A stretch of 32,000 nucleotides of DNA from the NCBI RefSeq assembly GCF_000012545.1, contig NC_007681.1:60001-92000 (forward strand). The letters are read 5' to 3'. The DNA is from Methanosphaera stadtmanae DSM 3091 (GTDB taxonomy: Archaea; Methanobacteriota; Methanobacteria; Methanobacteriales; Methanobacteriaceae). A program made the translations under genes and the position numbers. Positions 17,359-26,460 of the stretch are shown here, one piece after another (positions within the stretch are counted from its first letter, which is position 1; every line of letters starts with the position of its first letter). Under the pieces are notes generated by a model. It had not been told where the DNA came from and ran no database searches. It was given only the letters and a program-made list of their open reading frames with translations.

Positions 17359-18822
17359 TTATTCCATCCTATTTTCTATGTATTTAAGAACTTTCTGTGG
17401 TAGTAATTGTTTAAATATGTTCCAGTCATCCTCATTAAATGTTTTAATAAGGAGAATTGTTGTAAAGTAGACTATAATTCCAACACCTATACTTACAAAT
17501 AAGTCTAAATCTAGTAGGTATATTACTCCACCCATAACTACACTTGCAATAAATGGTTTTAGAAGTATACTTCTTAGTGGTACACTATATCCATATTTAT
17601 GCATGATATACATGTAGAATAACACCATACTAACTTCATTAATAACTGTAATCATGGCAGCTCCAGTACTGTCAAATAACTTTATTAGTATGAAATTTCC
17701 TATTGTACTAAAGAGTAAACATATGAATGTTGCCTTTACAGTTTCATGTTGTTTATTGATAGATGCAATACTTGTTCCAAGAATATAACTAAGGAATATT
17801 GCAGGTAGGGCCCATATAATCAATTCAAGTACTGGAATAGTATTTATATATGCACTTCCATACATAAACAAGATGATTTTTTTGGATAACACCATTGTTC
17901 CCATGGAAATAGGTACACTTAATATTGTTAAATACTTCAATGACTTTTTATATGAATATTCAAGCATGTCTGGCCTATTAACATAAAATTTTGAAAATAT
18001 TGGTAGTATTGCAGTTGAATATACTGTGGGTATGAAAATCAATGCTTGCATTAAATTAAATGCAGCAGTATACTCACCTACATGTGCACTTGTTGTTAGT
18101 ATATTAAGAAGTATGGTATTCATTTTAAATGATATTAGAGCAAAGATACTTGTTATTGCAAGAGGAAATGCCGTGTATATTAGATACTTCCATAGTTTTA
18201 AATTAACTTGAAAATGTATTAATCCATAGTTTTTAGTACACATTGCAAAGTTATATATTAAAACTAGTACTGTTGATATTAAATAGATTGATGCTACTCC
18301 AATAACAGACTGTTTAGTAAATACACAGAATAATACTCCAATAAACATTGTTACAGAGTTAATAATCTCTGCAATAGATTGATATTCCATCTGTTCATAT
18401 GCACGAAACATGGAAGTGAATGTTCCACTAAAAGCATCAATAATCACTGAAGAACCAATAATATAAACAACTAACTTTGTTGTTTCATTAAATACTCCAA
18501 TATTAACAAATAATACAAGACCAATCATGGTTATTATTGAAAGTATTAACTTTATCATACCATGATTACCAAGATATTCATATGTCTTAGTTTTATCCCG
18601 TGCAACCTCACGAATAGTGAGTGTTGAGAGACCTAAATCTGTGAAAATAGCAAATAATCCAGAAATTGCAGTAGCAAATGAAATTATACCAAAATTAGTA
18701 GTTCCAAGATATCTTGCAGAGTATAATGTATATAAAAAAGCAAGAACATATCCTATCATCTGGGATAGGAATAATACACTTGTATTTTTAACTAATGTTC
18801 TAATAGTACTCATAACTATCAC
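17359..18822 (-). CDS. Wzx-type oligosaccharide flippase (MOP superfamily polysaccharide biosynthesis protein)
   Basis: 487-aa ORF with about 12-14 TM helices. The N-terminus is LVKNTSVLFLSQMIGYVLAFLYTLYSARYLGTTNFG...TIREVARDK. The start is ambiguous: GTG at 18822 abuts the upstream stop, or ATG at 18813. Confidence 0.8.
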   Translation of the reverse strand: MIVMSTIRTLVKNTSVLFLSQMIGYVLAFLYTLYSARYLGTTNFGIISFATAISGLFAIFTDLGLSTLTIREVARDKTKTYEYLGNHGMIKLILSIITMIGLVLFVNIGVFNETTKLVVYIIGSSVIIDAFSGTFTSMFRAYEQMEYQSIAEIINSVTMFIGVLFCVFTKQSVIGVASIYLISTVLVLIYNFAMCTKNYGLIHFQVNLKLWKYLIYTAFPLAITSIFALISFKMNTILLNILTTSAHVGEYTAAFNLMQALIFIPTVYSTAILPIFSKFYVNRPDMLEYSYKKSLKYLTILSVPISMGTMVLSKKIILFMYGSAYINTIPVLELIIWALPAIFLSYILGTSIASINKQHETVKATFICLLFSTIGNFILIKLFDSTGAAMITVINEVSMVLFYMYIMHKYGYSVPLRSILLKPFIASVVMGGVIYLLDLDLFVSIGVGIIVYFTTILLIKTFNEDDWNIFKQLLPQKVLKYIENRME

Positions 18823-19431
18823 TTATCTAAATAAATCCTTTATCTTAGTATTTAACGTATACTTAACAACAGGTCTGTCCTTAATATATTTTGCAGGAAC
18901 TCCACCATACATACACCATGAAGGTACGTCCTTTGTAACAACTGCTCCTGATGCAATTACTGCTCCCTCATGAATATGTACTCCTGGCATAATCATAACA
19001 TTCGTTCCAATATAAACATAATCATCAATATAAACAGAATCACTTGTACTTTCAAAGGTAGGACTTGTTATATTATGTTCCATTGTATATACTTTAAAAT
19101 TTCCTGCAATATTAACATTACATCCAATATATAATCCACCACGACCATCAAGAAATGCATTATCTCCAATAATAGTATTATCATTTATATGAACATTGGA
19201 GGGTCTGAAAAATCTACATTTCCAGTAGATTATTGAATTTTTTGATAGCTTTACCTTAAATATATTACGATACATGAATTCTCTAAATCTATGTGAGGGT
19301 ATGTTACCTGTAATATATATGAAGTAAATATTAAGATCATGAAGTACTCTAAATATTTGAAATATTCTCTTTGAAATAAATGAATCAGGATCTTCTTCAA
19401 CTTTTTTTTTAAGTATTTCTTTTAAATTCAA
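18823..19431 (-). CDS. Hexapeptide-repeat (left-handed beta-helix) sugar O-acetyltransferase
   Basis: 202-aa ORF with hexapeptide repeats ([24 protein letters not shown]...[44 protein letters not shown]). It has a TTG start overlapping the glf stop (TTGA) and a GAGGA SD 5-6 nt upstream. Confidence 0.8.
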   Translation of the reverse strand: MNLKEILKKKVEEDPDSFISKRIFQIFRVLHDLNIYFIYITGNIPSHRFREFMYRNIFKVKLSKNSIIYWKCRFFRPSNVHINDNTIIGDNAFLDGRGGLYIGCNVNIAGNFKVYTMEHNITSPTFESTSDSVYIDDYVYIGTNVMIMPGVHIHEGAVIASGAVVTKDVPSWCMYGGVPAKYIKDRPVVKYTLNTKIKDLFR

Positions 19432-20609
19432 ATATATTCCTCGTCTATTTCATGTTTTAATTGTCTAAAAAGTACATCATGAACATTCTGCACAGCTTCA
19501 TCCATATTCAAATGTTTATAGTTACATAATCTTCCCATAAATGTTATTTGAGGGAATTTTTCAGTTAATTTTTCATATTTTCTAAATAATTCTCTGTTCT
19601 CCTCTGTTATTATGGGATAGTATGGAATGTTAGTTTCATCATATTTTGGATTATAATCTGTTGGAAATGCAAATTGTATGGTGGTATTTCTTGCATGTTG
19701 TCCTGTAATGTACTTATATTCAGTAATTTCAGTGAAATGATAATCATTTGGATAGATTATTGAAGCATTTTCCTGAAAATGTATTTGATCAACTGTTTCA
19801 TTCATATATACAATTGATCTATATGGAAGTTTTCCATAACAATAATTGAAAAACTCATCAATCATACCAGTAAAAATCAATTGACCAGTATATTCTTCAT
19901 CATTAAAGTATACTTTTTTGTTTTCTAAGTCAATAGAAATTATATCGTTATAATCATGTTCGAGTAGTATGTTGATGTTATGATTAGAGAGCATATTTTC
20001 AAACATGGAAGTATATCCATTTGAGGGTACTGCTTGGTATTTATCTTGATAATATCTACAATCATATGATATGGTGATATTAATATTAACACCATCAACT
20101 TCACATATTTTCTCTGGATCTACTCCATAGATTTTCTTAACATATGGTGTGTATATGTTCTCATTAACATAACTAACTAGTTTTTGTATATCAGGATTTT
20201 TTGATTCTTTAAGTTTATCTAAAGGTAATGTGTCATTTACAATATATTCTGTAAGCAGTGCTGTAGTTATTTTCTGATTATCATCTTGCATAGTCTTATC
20301 AATACTTATTAAGTTAAATGGTACTGGTATAACTGTATTATTAATATTACATACTAATTTATGATTATACACATTCCATGTTGTAAATAATGATAAATAA
20401 GAATAAACTTCTTCATTATTTGTGTGAAAGATATGTGGACCATATTTATGTACTAAAATACCAGATTCATCATAGTAATCATAGCAATTTCCTCCAATAT
20501 GATCATTTTTATCAATTAAAAGTACTTTTTTATCATAAACATTAGCTAATTGTTCTGCAGCAGTAATTCCTGTAATACCTGCACCTACTATTATATAATC
20601 ATATTCCAA
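19428..20609 (-). CDS. glf: UDP-galactopyranose mutase
   Basis: 393-aa ORF. It has an FAD-binding motif ([20 protein letters not shown]) followed by [43 protein letters not shown], which is highly characteristic of Glf. Confidence 0.9.
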   Translation of the reverse strand: MEYDYIIVGAGITGITAAEQLANVYDKKVLLIDKNDHIGGNCYDYYDESGILVHKYGPHIFHTNNEEVYSYLSLFTTWNVYNHKLVCNINNTVIPVPFNLISIDKTMQDDNQKITTALLTEYIVNDTLPLDKLKESKNPDIQKLVSYVNENIYTPYVKKIYGVDPEKICEVDGVNINITISYDCRYYQDKYQAVPSNGYTSMFENMLSNHNINILLEHDYNDIISIDLENKKVYFNDEEYTGQLIFTGMIDEFFNYCYGKLPYRSIVYMNETVDQIHFQENASIIYPNDYHFTEITEYKYITGQHARNTTIQFAFPTDYNPKYDETNIPYYPIITEENRELFRKYEKLTEKFPQITFMGRLCNYKHLNMDEAVQNVHDVLFRQLKHEIDEEYI

Positions 20610-20631
20610 GTAAATTCCTCCTATTCTATTT

Positions 20632-21930
20632 TTAACTTAATTTTGTATGATTTCTATTTATTATTTTAATTCCTTTTCTTTGTAGGAATATAAACATAGC
20701 AATTGTTATGAATATCTCTGTTGTTGCAAATGATATTGCTATTCCTATCTCTTTCATTAATGTTATAAGTATTATTCCAAGTACAATATCAATTATTCCT
20801 CCAATCATCACAATAGATGTGAATGCTTTTTTATAATTGAATGTTAGCATAGTTTCAACACCAAAAACAGTACTTAATGATACTGCAAGTGGAACAATTG
20901 ATATTATTTGAAGTATAATTACTGAATTAACATAAGATTGTCCAAATAATAGTAATATTATTGGTTTTGCAAATATAAATAATCCTGCAGATAAGACTAT
21001 TCCAACTAAGGTCATTATTTTTGTTATTTTACGTATAAATTCTATACTTCTAGTTTTATCATCTGTTTTAACTGTACGACTTATGAAGGGGTATAATGCT
21101 TGTGATATTGGATTTAACAATCCATTTACTGCAAGTATTATTTTTTCAGCAATACTATAGTAACCAACAAGGGTGTTGTTTGTAAGAAGACCTAATAGGA
21201 ATGTGTTTGTTGTTGTGTACATATTTATTGCTATTGTTGAAATAAACACATACCATCCTTCTCTTAAATGATATTTAATATCTCTTATTGAGGGTATGGT
21301 TATTTTTATATTGAACTTTGTAAGTGCTATGTATATTCCAAGAATTCCAACTAAAATATATCCCAGTGAATTAATTAATGGAACTAGCATATAATCTGTT
21401 GTATCGTGTATGAATATAAATATAAGTACTGTAAACACTATTTTTCCTATAATATTAAGAATACTGGTGTATCTCATATATTCAAGTCCTTGAAATAGCC
21501 ATGTTGGAAATAACATATATCCAATAACCATTCCAAAGGTTAAGATATAAACATAACTATCTTCATTAAATTTGGGAATGAACATCACAATTAGTAGTAA
21601 TATTATAAAACTTAAAATACATAAACACAGCTTTATAAACATTACAGAACTAAAAATCTGGGAAATCTTCTGATTGTCATCTCTACATATAGCTAATTCT
21701 CTAGTTGCAGATAAATTAAATCCATAATCTGTGAAGAATTGAAAATATGTAATAAGAGAAATAGCATACTGTGTTAGGCCGAATTTTTCAGGTCCAAGTA
21801 CTAATGTTAAGTATGGAAGAGTAATTAATGGGAGAATATAACTAGCAAATTGTAATCCTGTTAATGAAATCATATTTTCGAGGATTCTTTTATATTCCTT
21901 ACTTTTAAAAATATTTTTTAATTTCAACAT
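20632..21930 (-). CDS. Wzx-type oligosaccharide flippase (MOP superfamily), second copy
   Basis: 432-aa ORF with about 12 TM helices. The N-terminus RILENMISLTGLQFASYILPLITLPYLTLVLGPEKFGLTQYAISLITYFQFFTDYGFNLSATRELA matches the RfbX/Wzx pattern. Confidence 0.8.
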   Translation of the reverse strand: MLKLKNIFKSKEYKRILENMISLTGLQFASYILPLITLPYLTLVLGPEKFGLTQYAISLITYFQFFTDYGFNLSATRELAICRDDNQKISQIFSSVMFIKLCLCILSFIILLLIVMFIPKFNEDSYVYILTFGMVIGYMLFPTWLFQGLEYMRYTSILNIIGKIVFTVLIFIFIHDTTDYMLVPLINSLGYILVGILGIYIALTKFNIKITIPSIRDIKYHLREGWYVFISTIAINMYTTTNTFLLGLLTNNTLVGYYSIAEKIILAVNGLLNPISQALYPFISRTVKTDDKTRSIEFIRKITKIMTLVGIVLSAGLFIFAKPIILLLFGQSYVNSVIILQIISIVPLAVSLSTVFGVETMLTFNYKKAFTSIVMIGGIIDIVLGIILITLMKEIGIAISFATTEIFITIAMFIFLQRKGIKIINRNHTKLS

Positions 21931-21974
21931 ACAAATCCTCTTCTTATTAAAATAGAAAAAATAAAGAATTAAAC

Positions 21975-22922
21975 TTATTCTTCATTGAATTTATTAACAT
22001 AATAGTTAATAGTTTCTTTTAATTCTTTTTTAAAGTCATGTTCACTTTTAAATCCAAAGGTTTCCTCAGCTTTACTAATATCAGCAACAGAATCTCTAAT
22101 GTCTCCATCTTTCTGTGGTAAATATTTTGGATTACAATCATATCCCATTATTTCACATATAATTTCAAGTAATTCATTAATAGTTGTGGTCTTTCCATGA
22201 GCAATATTAAATACGCCAGTTACATCATTAATTGCTACTTCATAATTTGCCTTTGCAATATTTTTAACATAAATGAAGTCTCTTGTTTGTTCTCCATCCC
22301 CATAAATTACTGGAGTTTCATTGTTTAAGAGGGCACTGATAAATTTAGGTATAACTCCACTATAAGGAGAATCTGCCTTTTGTCTTGGTCCAAATACATT
22401 GAAATATCTTAGACATGCTGTTGGTAGATGATATGTTTGTGTGAATGTATATGAATATAATTCAAGCAGTGCTTTTGAAACAGCATAGGGAGATAATGGT
22501 TGAAGAGGTAATGTTTCTACATTAGGTAAGACTTCTGTTTCACCATATACTGCAGCAGATGATGCAGAAATTACTTTTTTAATATTTGACTCATATGCTG
22601 CTTGTAATACATTGAATGAACCGTCTATGTTTGTTTTGTTAGTTGCTTTTGGTTGTTCAATACTTTCAAATACACTAATAAGTGCAGCTTCATGGAATAG
22701 ATAGTCATGATTCTCAAGTATTGGCTTCATATCTAGAGTTCTAATATCTCCACAAACTAGTTCAATTCTATCATGGTCTAGATTTTTTAGATTTTCTATA
22801 TTACCTGTTGTCATATTATCAATGATTGTTACTTTTGAAACATTATTTTCAAGTAATGTTTCAGTAATATGAGATCCAATAAAACCTGCACCTCCAGTAA
22901 CAACACATCTTAAATCTTCCAT
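21975..22922 (-). CDS. NAD-dependent UDP-hexose / UDP-N-acetylhexosamine 4-epimerase family protein (WbpP/GalE-like)
   Basis: 315-aa ORF with VVTGGAGFIGSHI, SSAAVYG, YAVSKALLE (Y-x3-K) and LRYFNVFGPRQKADSPYSGVIPKF...YGDGEQTRDFIYV. Confidence 0.85.
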   Translation of the reverse strand: MEDLRCVVTGGAGFIGSHITETLLENNVSKVTIIDNMTTGNIENLKNLDHDRIELVCGDIRTLDMKPILENHDYLFHEAALISVFESIEQPKATNKTNIDGSFNVLQAAYESNIKKVISASSAAVYGETEVLPNVETLPLQPLSPYAVSKALLELYSYTFTQTYHLPTACLRYFNVFGPRQKADSPYSGVIPKFISALLNNETPVIYGDGEQTRDFIYVKNIAKANYEVAINDVTGVFNIAHGKTTTINELLEIICEIMGYDCNPKYLPQKDGDIRDSVADISKAEETFGFKSEHDFKKELKETINYYVNKFNEE

Positions 22923-23043
22923 TATGTCTCCTCCTTTATTTTTTTTAATTAGATTATTTAGTATTTTTAATTTCTATGTAATATATTTTCATAATTCTAT
23001 TAATTATCTATACATTTATACACAGATGATAATATTTTTAAGT

Positions 23044-23472
23044 TTATTTAATCACATTATATCTGAGTTTCAAGGTTCTATAGGGCTGTGTAATATTTCC
23101 TTTATATAATTCAATATTTAATTCATGCATACCAATTTCTGTTGTACTGTAGATATAATATGGTGTTATAGTTTCCTCATTATCCTTTAATGTCTTATTA
23201 TATGAGGCAAGTAAGGTATGATTTGTTTTAACCTTTACAGTGTAATTCATATCAGTATGTTCTTGGTTTTTAATACCAATATTTATCTTTCCAATAGAAT
23301 ACTGGCTCATATTAGTAGGATAATCTGTTGTGTTATTATTATGGTCAAGAATATAAAATTCTGTATAGTCTTCACCAGGATTATGAATTACAACTAGATA
23401 TATAACTGATATCATAGCAATGATAAGTGCAATGATAAGAATGCCTTTTATAATTTTATCTAATAATTTCAT
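23044..23472 (-). CDS. Small membrane-anchored protein with a DUF1616-like extracellular domain
   Basis: 142-aa ORF with an N-terminal signal-anchor (GILIIALIIAMISVIYLVVI). This is followed by GEDYTEFYILDHNNNTTDYPTN...IGIKNQEHTDMNYTVKV, which resembles the conserved C-terminal block of archaeal DUF1616 proteins (recalled from memory). Confidence 0.6.
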   Translation of the reverse strand: MKLLDKIIKGILIIALIIAMISVIYLVVIHNPGEDYTEFYILDHNNNTTDYPTNMSQYSIGKINIGIKNQEHTDMNYTVKVKTNHTLLASYNKTLKDNEETITPYYIYSTTEIGMHELNIELYKGNITQPYRTLKLRYNVIK

Positions 23473-23592
23473 ACTCCACCTATTAATTATAATTTGACTA
23501 TGTAATTATAATTTAATATGTATCTTTTTATATAGATAATTATATAAAATAAAGAAAAATCTTTTCATAATATAAATGAGGAGTTTATACTA

Positions 23593-24612
23593 ATGAATGA
23601 TAAATTTTATGTAACAGACTGTGAAGGACCATTATCAATTAATGATAATGCATATGAAATATCTGATTTTTTTATTCCAGAAGGAGGTCATTTCTTTAGT
23701 ATACTTAGTAATTATGATGACATGCTTGTAGAAGAAAATACTGAAGGATATCTAGCTGGAAGTACATTAAAACTAATATTGCCCTTTTTTAAGGCATATG
23801 GCTTAACTGAAAAAGATCTTATTGAATTTTCAGAAGATAATATTTTCATGATAGATGGTGCTTATAATATGATAAAATATATTCAAAGTATCATGCCATG
23901 TTATATTGTAAGTACAAGCTATAATCAATATATTAAAGCTTTATCTGATAAAACTGGATTTATTTATGAAAATACTTATTCAACAAATTTACAATTGGAT
24001 AAATATGATTTAAATCAGGAAGAACAAGATAAATTACTTGATATTCATGATAATATCTTATTTGATTCAAGTTTTGAAAATATTCATAGGATTTTTACAA
24101 ATGTTATCTCAAAGATGGAAATAAACAATCTTATTGAATCAGTAAAACCTGTTGGTGGAATAGGTAAACGTGATGCAATACTAGATATTATTGATAAAAA
24201 CAATTATAAACCTGAAAATTTAATGTATAGTGGAGATAGTATAACAGATAAGGAAGCATTAGAATATGCAAGGGATAATGGAGGATTAAGTATCTCATTT
24301 AATGGTAATATTCATTCAATTGAATCTGCTTCAATATCAATAGCTTCAACTAACAACTTAATATTAGCAGTTATTGCAGATATATTTAATAAAAAAGGTA
24401 AATCAGCAGTTTATGATTTTATCAATGATTATAATAATGAATCTCTTGAAACAATATTAAATTGTTCAGATAATATAGAAATAACACAGCAATTATTAGT
24501 TAATAAGCCATCTATAGACATAGTAACTAATGATAATAAAGAAACTCTAAATAATATGACAAAAGTTGTACGTGATAAAGTACGAGGAAAAAATATAGGA
24601 AATTTAGGATAG
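23593..24612 (+). CDS. HAD-superfamily-like protein with variant motif I (EhaR-like)
   Basis: 339-aa ORF with a GAGGAG SD upstream. HAD-like motifs are present in order: I VTDCEGP (D-x-E instead of D-x-D), II IVSTSY, III GGIGKRD, IV SGDSITDKEALEYA. A large cap insertion separates motifs I and II. Confidence 0.6.
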   Translation: MNDKFYVTDCEGPLSINDNAYEISDFFIPEGGHFFSILSNYDDMLVEENTEGYLAGSTLKLILPFFKAYGLTEKDLIEFSEDNIFMIDGAYNMIKYIQSIMPCYIVSTSYNQYIKALSDKTGFIYENTYSTNLQLDKYDLNQEEQDKLLDIHDNILFDSSFENIHRIFTNVISKMEINNLIESVKPVGGIGKRDAILDIIDKNNYKPENLMYSGDSITDKEALEYARDNGGLSISFNGNIHSIESASISIASTNNLILAVIADIFNKKGKSAVYDFINDYNNESLETILNCSDNIEITQQLLVNKPSIDIVTNDNKETLNNMTKVVRDKVRGKNIGNLG

Positions 24613-24621
24613 GTAATAAAA

Positions 24622-25506
24622 ATGGATTTTGAAATAGAAGATACATATTGTGAAGCATTTACTGGAACTTGTGTAAGAATGATTGTAACAGCAGAAGATG
24701 ATATAACAATCAAGAAAATAGCAAGTGATGCATCAGCAACACCAGGAACAGTAATAGGGAGAACAGAATCTGGAGTAGAAAAATTTTTAGATAAATCAGA
24801 AACACCAGATAATAGGCCTGGTGTGATAATTCAATTCTGGTATAATACAAAAGATCTTGCAAAATTTGATAAGGAATTATCATTTAGAATACGTCAAGAT
24901 ATTCTTGTAAAACCATTTGTAAAGATATTTGATGCATCTATAGATCCATTTGACTACATTGATACAACAGAACATGTAGGTCATTGTGGTGATGGATATG
25001 AATGGACAGAAGAAATTGATGGTAGAACAATGATAAGAGTACCAATATGTGTTCCAGATTTTTATATTGAACAAAAATTAGGATGTATGCAGGGAATAAT
25101 GGGAGTAAACTTCTGGTACTATTGTAGTACAAAAGAAGCAGTACTTGAAGCTGGATATAAAGCATTAGATGCACTTTCTGAAGTTGATGGTATATGTACA
25201 CCATTTGATATCTGTTCTGCAGGTTCAAAAGTAGAAACAAATTATCCAGAAATTGGTCCTACAACAAACCATCCATACTGTCCATCTCTAAAAGAAAAGC
25301 TTGGTGATGAATCAATGGTTGAAGACGGAGTAAATTACATACCAGAAATAGTAATTGATGCTTTAACAGTTGAAAATGCTAAAGAATCATTAAAAAAAGG
25401 AATTGAAGCTTTAAATGGGGTAGAAGGTGTAATTAAAGTGTCTGCTGGTAATTATGGTGGAAATTTAGGTAAATATAAATTTAATTTAAAAGATGTACTA
25501 GATTAG
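24622..25506 (+). CDS. ftr: Formylmethanofuran--tetrahydromethanopterin N-formyltransferase family protein (Ftr or Ftr paralogue)
   Basis: 294-aa ORF, collinear with Ftr as I remember it. Shared blocks are [34 protein letters not shown]...[24 protein letters not shown] and [22 protein letters not shown]. It starts 9 nt after the upstream gene. Confidence 0.85.
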   Translation: MDFEIEDTYCEAFTGTCVRMIVTAEDDITIKKIASDASATPGTVIGRTESGVEKFLDKSETPDNRPGVIIQFWYNTKDLAKFDKELSFRIRQDILVKPFVKIFDASIDPFDYIDTTEHVGHCGDGYEWTEEIDGRTMIRVPICVPDFYIEQKLGCMQGIMGVNFWYYCSTKEAVLEAGYKALDALSEVDGICTPFDICSAGSKVETNYPEIGPTTNHPYCPSLKEKLGDESMVEDGVNYIPEIVIDALTVENAKESLKKGIEALNGVEGVIKVSAGNYGGNLGKYKFNLKDVLD

Positions 25507-25515
25507 AGTTGAAGT

Positions 25516-26460
25516 ATGATGAAATTTGATATAATAGGATGGGGAGCATTAAATATTGATAGATTATGTCATGTTAATGAATTTGCACCATCTGATGGAG
25601 AAACATTTGTAAATTATGAAACAAAATCCTGTGGAGGATCAGCTGCTAATACAATTATTGGTATGGCAAAACTAGGACTAAAAACTGGATACATTGGAAA
25701 GGTAGGTAATGATTCAAATGGTAAAATGATGCAAGATTATCTTGAATCACATAATGTGGATACTACTCATCTCATAAAAGGAAACGGTGAAACAGGAGAA
25801 GTAATAGGTTTTGTAGATAGTAGTGGTGATCGTAAGTTATATGTAACTCCAAAAATAAATGACACTATTTCAAATTCTGAAATAAAAAGGGATTATATTA
25901 AAAACACTAAATTATTACACTTAACTTCATTTGTAGGATTAAATCCTGAAGATCCATCTATTGATACACAAATGGAATTATTAGATGAATTAAAGGATGA
26001 TGTAATTGTATCATTTGATCCGGGAATGTTATATGTAAATAAAGGACTTGATTTCATGAATAAACTAATATCTTACACAGATATTTTACTTATCAATGAA
26101 ACAGAGTTATTATTAACTACAAATAAAAAAACATTACAAGAAGCTGTGGATGAAATATCACAAAAAGTAGATATTTTAGTAGTTAAATGTTCAACAAAAG
26201 GTTCTTTTATTAAAAAAGGTGATGAAGAATATAATATTGGAATATTTGAAGTTGATGCTATTGATACAACTGGTGCAGGAGATGCATATAATGCAGGATT
26301 TTTATATGGTTTAATAAATAACTATACTCTTGAAGAATCTGGAATAATAGGTAGTTATATTGCAGCTCAATCAACAACAAAATCTGGTGCAACAGAAGCA
26401 ATACCATTTTCAAAAGATATATCAATTGAAAAAATAATACAAAATCTTAAAAATTATTAA
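25516..26460 (+). CDS. PfkB/ribokinase-family carbohydrate or nucleoside kinase
   Basis: 314-aa ORF with GGSAANT near the N-terminus and the DTTGAGDAYNAGFLYGL anion-hole/catalytic motif near the C-terminus. It starts 9 nt after the ftr-like gene. Confidence 0.85.
   Translation: MMKFDIIGWGALNIDRLCHVNEFAPSDGETFVNYETKSCGGSAANTIIGMAKLGLKTGYIGKVGNDSNGKMMQDYLESHNVDTTHLIKGNGETGEVIGFVDSSGDRKLYVTPKINDTISNSEIKRDYIKNTKLLHLTSFVGLNPEDPSIDTQMELLDELKDDVIVSFDPGMLYVNKGLDFMNKLISYTDILLINETELLLTTNKKTLQEAVDEISQKVDILVVKCSTKGSFIKKGDEEYNIGIFEVDAIDTTGAGDAYNAGFLYGLINNYTLEESGIIGSYIAAQSTTKSGATEAIPFSKDISIEKIIQNLKNY

Noticed and set aside
18026-18973. Track ORFs 18026-18211(+) and 18617-18973(+, 118 aa), antisense to wzx and the acetyltransferase
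   Set aside because: They span a gene junction on the opposite strand of two motif-supported genes. I judged them shadow ORFs.
22924-23109. 61-aa plus-strand ORF in and around the 22923-23043 spacer
   Set aside because: Its sequence is F/I/L/Y-rich nonsense-like. It overlaps the 3' end of the DUF1616-like gene on the other strand and has no SD.
24429-25240. Track ORFs 24429-24713(-), 24880-25074(-) and 24938-25240(-), antisense to the HAD-like and ftr-like genes
   Set aside because: They are antisense shadows, while the plus-strand frames carry clear HAD and Ftr family motifs.
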